Assembly (NCBI GenBank): GCA_951406725.2
Contig: OX597820.1
Span: 119,536,001 to 119,600,000, forward strand
Source of the DNA: Octopus vulgaris
Lineage: Eukaryota
Reading direction: 5' to 3'
Length of the DNA stretch: 64,000 nt
Below the pieces are notes generated by a model. The model did not search any database. It had not been told where the DNA came from and was given only the letters and a program-made list of their open reading frames with translations. The translations under genes were made by a program, and so were the position numbers. Below are positions 57,622-64,000 of this stretch, in pieces; within the stretch, counting starts at the first letter, position 1; the number at the start of each line of letters is the position of its first letter.

Positions 57622-58013
57622 GGATGGGGGGAAGCACTCCGTCGGTTACGACGACGAGGGTTCCGGTTGATCCGAATCAACGGAACAGCCTGCTCGTGAA
57701 ATTAACGTGTAAGTGGCTGAGCACTCCACAGACACGTGTACCCTTACCGTAGTTCTCGGGGTGATTCAGCGTGACACAGAGAGTGACAAGGCCGGCCCTT
57801 TGAAATACACGTACAACAGAAACAGGAAGTAAGAGTGAGAGAAAGTTGTGGTGAAAGAGTACAGCAGGGATCGCCACCATCTCCTGCCGGAGCCTCGGGG
57901 AGCTTTTAGGTGTTTTCGCTCAATAAGCACTCACAACGCCCGATCTGAGAATCGAAACCGCGATCCTACGACCGCGAGTCCGCTGCCCTAACCACTGGGC
58001 CATTGCGCCTCCA
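57622..58013 (-). mobile_element. OR-like SINE, tail type 3
   Basis: Head TGGAGGCGCAATGGCCCAGTGG on - strand; TSD (A)CGGATATTAAGCTAT at 57606-57621 and 58013-58028. Confidence 0.85.
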
Positions 58014-58274
58014 CGGATATTAAGCTATAAACTAGCTACGTACTAGCCATGATTTAGCACCATTTAAAAGTCGGGAAACTAAGTTCTCAGAGAATCTAAA
58101 AGGAAACTTCTTAGCGGAGACTGTTACATTATGGATCTTCGACCTCGATATTAACCAAAGGAACTTAAAAAAATTAGCGGGGGTAGCCTCAACGCGTGAG
58201 TACTTCCTGTCATTTTGAATATGTACAAGAATAGATGCACTAACAATAGAATGATTATAGAATAAATTTCCTCA

Positions 58275-58281
58275 TCATCAT

Positions 58282-58321
<40 letters not shown>

Positions 58322-58335
58322 CCATCACCATCATC

Positions 58336-58408
<73 letters not shown>

Positions 58409-58442
58409 CCACCACCACCACCACCATCATCATCACCACCAC

Positions 58443-58480
<38 letters not shown>

Positions 58481-58545
58481 CCATCATCACCATCATCATC
58501 ATCATCATCATCACCATCACCATCATCATCACCACCATCATATCA
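58275..58545. repeat. (CAT/CAC)n tract
   Basis: Directly visible. Confidence 0.95.
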
Positions 58546-58769
58546 TTTAAGAAAGAAAACATCGTTTTACTGGACAATGATACAGATGTAAGGAGCATCG
58601 CGACCATTGGACACGTCGACGTGGTTGTAGTTGCATTTGTTGCACGTCAATGTATGCATCGATCTGTGCACATATGACACATGTCACAGCGAGAAGATCC
58701 TTCCTCATATAAAGCAAAAAAAAGAATAACAGGGTCAAGGGAAACCAAGCAAGACTGACCTGACGATTA

Positions 58770-60192
<1,423 letters not shown>

Positions 60193-61168
60193 TTTAGACA
60201 TATATTCCGTTCTTCACAAACATAGTACGAGATTTTATCTCGGACAAAACCACCTGTAGCTCGCCTGTCAACGGTTTATACGTATTAACTATGTTTCATA
60301 GACGGCTATTTTAACTGAATAATCCATCAAGGCACAAACCAATGTTTTATATATATATATCTAAAAGTATGTGTGTAAGCATACATACATACATATTTAT
60401 TTATAGTCAGGGATGTAGGAGAATTACAGAACTTCGGGTTCGAATTTATTCTATCATTGTATCTATTCACATAAATTTCAGGTGTGTATGTCTGAGTCTG
60501 TATGCGTACGTTTATATAAAAACGCACACACAACACACACATACACACACACACAAACACGCACACACACTCACTTGTATACATTTACACACACACACAC
60601 ACACTCATGGATATATATATACATGTCCTGTACTCACGTATATATAGTTATATATGCATGTATATATACATGTAGATGTATGTACGTACATTTATGTTTG
60701 TATGGATGCATATACTTTATTTATTACACTATATATATATATATACACACACAAACACACATATCCAGTATAAAACTACGGAATTACTATTTTTTACGAA
60801 AAAAAAATCCAGAATGTATTATGTAGAACCAGTTTCAGAAATCTCCACATTTAAAGCCAGTGAATAGAATTGTGTTTTATTATAAAGAATCACGAACTCA
60901 TTGTCGGTTCACTAAATAGAATTTCGAATCGAAATTTGACATCACCATTACTTTTTATCAGCATTCATCGTATTACTTCGCTATATACATACATAGACAG
61001 ACAGACAAACAGGCAGGCAGACATAGATACATAAATGTGCGTGTGTTTGTGTGTGTGTGTGTCTGTGTTTGTATGCAGAAGAATATCGGTCAGCATCGCT
61101 ACCTTTTAATAATTATATGTTTTATAGTTTTATAAATACATATGTGTATATATGTGTTTGCCTGTGTA

Positions 61169-61199
<31 letters not shown>

Positions 61200-61424
61200 C
61201 TATATATGCATAGCTACATGTTTGTGTGTGATTAAATATATCTGTGACCACACACACATGCACGTGCACACACACACACACACACGTATACATTCTTTTG
61301 TCTGTCTCTTGGTGTACTTTTACATACTTTGAAGAGTAATCTAAATCAAAAAGACCAAAGTCGAAGATATTTACAATTTCGATAGTCAATATTGATTGGC
61401 CGCCGCTACTGCTTCTGCTGCTGC

Positions 61425-61427
61425 TAT

Positions 61428-61474
<47 letters not shown>

Positions 61475-61524
61475 AAACCACCACCAAAACCACCACCACC
61501 ACCACCATCAAAACCACCACCACC

Positions 61525-61558
<34 letters not shown>

Positions 61559-61585
61559 ATACTACTACTACTACTACTACCGCTA
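61425..61585. repeat. (ACT)n/(ACC)n tract
   Basis: Directly visible. Confidence 0.9.
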
Positions 61586-62143
61586 CGTAAGTAGCTGAAT
61601 AGTTCTATGGAATTTATTTAGGAACTCATATTTAGTGACGAGAGTGGTATTCAATAAATATATTGATTACATACAATTGTTTTGTCCACTAAAATATATC
61701 TATATTTAGTAGGCTATTTCAATTAAATTATAATCGTATGGATATTCAGAAAAACATTTCTTCTTTAATCAATTTTTTTGTGGGTATATGTGTTTGAATG
61801 TGATTGTGTGTGGGTGAATGCAGGTATCCGTGTATCTGCACATGTTTTCATAGAAATGTATGTAATTTTTACGTTATATGCGTGTGACATTATACACTGC
61901 GCCATTTTCTATAACAGCAATAGTCATATTAAATCATATACTTGTGTACAATTTTGAATTAATATATGATGCGTATATAACAACATATCTATGTTTCTAA
62001 ATATCACTTTTCAGCCATATATCTGTGTGCATGCATTAGAATGAATATAAATATGTGTGTGTTTATGTATGTATGAATGTCTGAATGTATATATATGTAT
62101 ATACATATGTATCTCTCCCCCTATCTCTCTCTTTATATATATA

Positions 62144-62182
<39 letters not shown>

Positions 62183-62899
62183 AAATTAATAAATAAAACA
62201 TATGCATATATGCATACATATATGTACGTGTATATATATACATATATACATATGTACGTGTACATATAACTACGTGTATATATACAGAACAACAAACAAA
62301 CGTCGAACACAATGAGAAACGAAAAGATAAACACAAAACCAAGGAAATGGACATTTTTCCTAAACAACGAAAAAATAGAGTACGGGACATAGAACACGAT
62401 GAAAATACCCCTTCTTCAGTCGCCTCTGTTTCATCTACTCCGCGTTACGAAGGTAAAGACGAGATGCAACATCGGTGAAACATTCCTTCCCGCAAAAAGC
62501 AAATTAAATCAAATTTGAGATTTTTTTGCGGAGGGGTAAAATGGTAACAAAAACAGGACAGTAAAGACAGTGCAAAATATAAACAGTAAAAGACAGAACA
62601 TGGAGAATAACAGTAACACAGACAAGGAGAGTTGTTAAGCCAAACGAGAGAAAATATTACGAATGCTTTTTTGGGGGAACGGCGAAGGAGGCACAGAAAA
62701 GCTGTTTACACTCGAAGGAAGCGAGGTCAGAAAGACAGTAGTTTTCTCATTGCTGACCAGCGACGGGACAGAGGAGGATGAGTATATGTCTCTGTGTGCG
62801 TGTGTGTGCATGTAACACAAAGTAGAATCCGTTTGTGTTAGATCAAAATATTCATCTATGTATTACACATAAAGTAAATACAACGTTGAAATGCAACTT

Positions 62900-64000
62900 A
62901 ATTCAGTTTTCATCCAGAGATAACATCACTTGTGGTCGTTATTTCTTTAAAAACATCATATATATTGGAATGAGACGAAACCATCATCCTAGCATCCGCT
63001 ATCTAATAGGTCACTTGCTTTTCGCTGTAGCTGGGTCTTATCAATGACTTGTACTCACAGCCAGTGTCATGCCTAGAAGTGTTTTATCGGAGGTGAGGTG
63101 TTTCATCGAGGCATATAATTGGTTATGCGTGCAGGGTATTGGTGAGACCCATCTAAACGGAAATGCCTCTGGCCTGCTTCCTTGCGGCTGCTGTTTCTGA
63201 AGTTCTTTGGTAGGACTCTCAGACAATCCTGTTTGAGTGCAACATTATTGAACGTCTTAGCGACAATGTCATGTGACATGGGAAAGTATTGTCTTGCGGA
63301 CACATATTTGGCAGGTATAATCGACTCTTTCTATAATAATGCAGATCTTTCGAAGCAGCATCTGCATCGCTTTTGGTGATCCGGTATTTAATGCCTGTAT
63401 CGTATTCTGAGATTGCGAAGGAATAGAATTCTACGTAAAATGAGATGTACCAGATAGAGGTGCAGGAAAGGACCGTATCCTTATGAAAGTTATTGACACT
63501 CTCAAGCTTGAGAATTATGAGTCTATGCGTAACTATTCTCTGCTGCATGGGAGGTATTTCTCACACTCTTGTTCATATATAGCAGCTGTGAACTTGCTCA
63601 AGAATTATTCGCGTAATCATACAATGTAATCTTCACTATACATTCGGTCAACTCGTTTCTCCTTTTACCTTTCAATATATGTTGTCTTAGTAACACAATG
63701 TGGTACTTAAAATCTGTCTGGCCTGATCTAATGTCTTTACCTCCATCTCTTCTTTTAAAATATATCTTATCAGTGTCACTGGTGATGTGAAATTTACGAA
63801 TCATTGTTAGTATTTTGTAGTTTTGATGTCCAAGTTGCGAGGTTTTCCACCTTTCCAACATAATCTTTCAAATTTTGGTGCCAGCCCTAGCACTACTAAA
63901 TTTTACTGAATCTTAACATTGCAGAAGTATTATTTTGTCACTCTAGCTCTACAGACAGCACCAAAATATGGCTTATACTTATATATTACCAGGTATTTCC
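62900..64000 (-). mobile_element. Degenerate R4/Dong-like non-LTR retrotransposon, continues past window end
   Basis: FHITSDTDKIYFKRRDGGK (HPKADVDRLY..GGRG-like), CRCC, YFPMSHDIVAK motifs. Confidence 0.7.

Overview
AT-rich, microsatellite-dense eukaryotic DNA. The SINE families and repeat landscape suggest a cephalopod (Octopus-like); this is an inference. No host protein-coding gene can be supported, and almost all ORF-track entries are translated microsatellites. The window is dominated by mobile DNA: (1) a ~12 kb head-to-head pair of near-identical Penelope-like retroelements (RT plus C-terminal GIY-YIG, Naiad-like) at 3245-15186, inserted in (TA)n and carrying hammerhead ribozymes (HHR) with an unusually long stem II; (2) a non-coding 559-bp HHR-bearing unit in the same inverted-plus-tandem architecture at 41661-43313 (retrozyme-like); (3) further HHR-type relics; (4) a TSD-flanked 5S rRNA/tRNA-SINE chimera; (5) three copies of a MITE with 8-bp TSDs and internal TTAGGG repeats; (6) Tc1/mariner, Tx1/L1, CR1, RTE and R4/Dong fragments and many tRNA-derived SINEs. 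The best candidate for an undescribed system is a (TA)n-targeting Penelope-like element plus small ribozyme-bearing passengers that share a 3'-terminal GGGT...ACCC hairpin.
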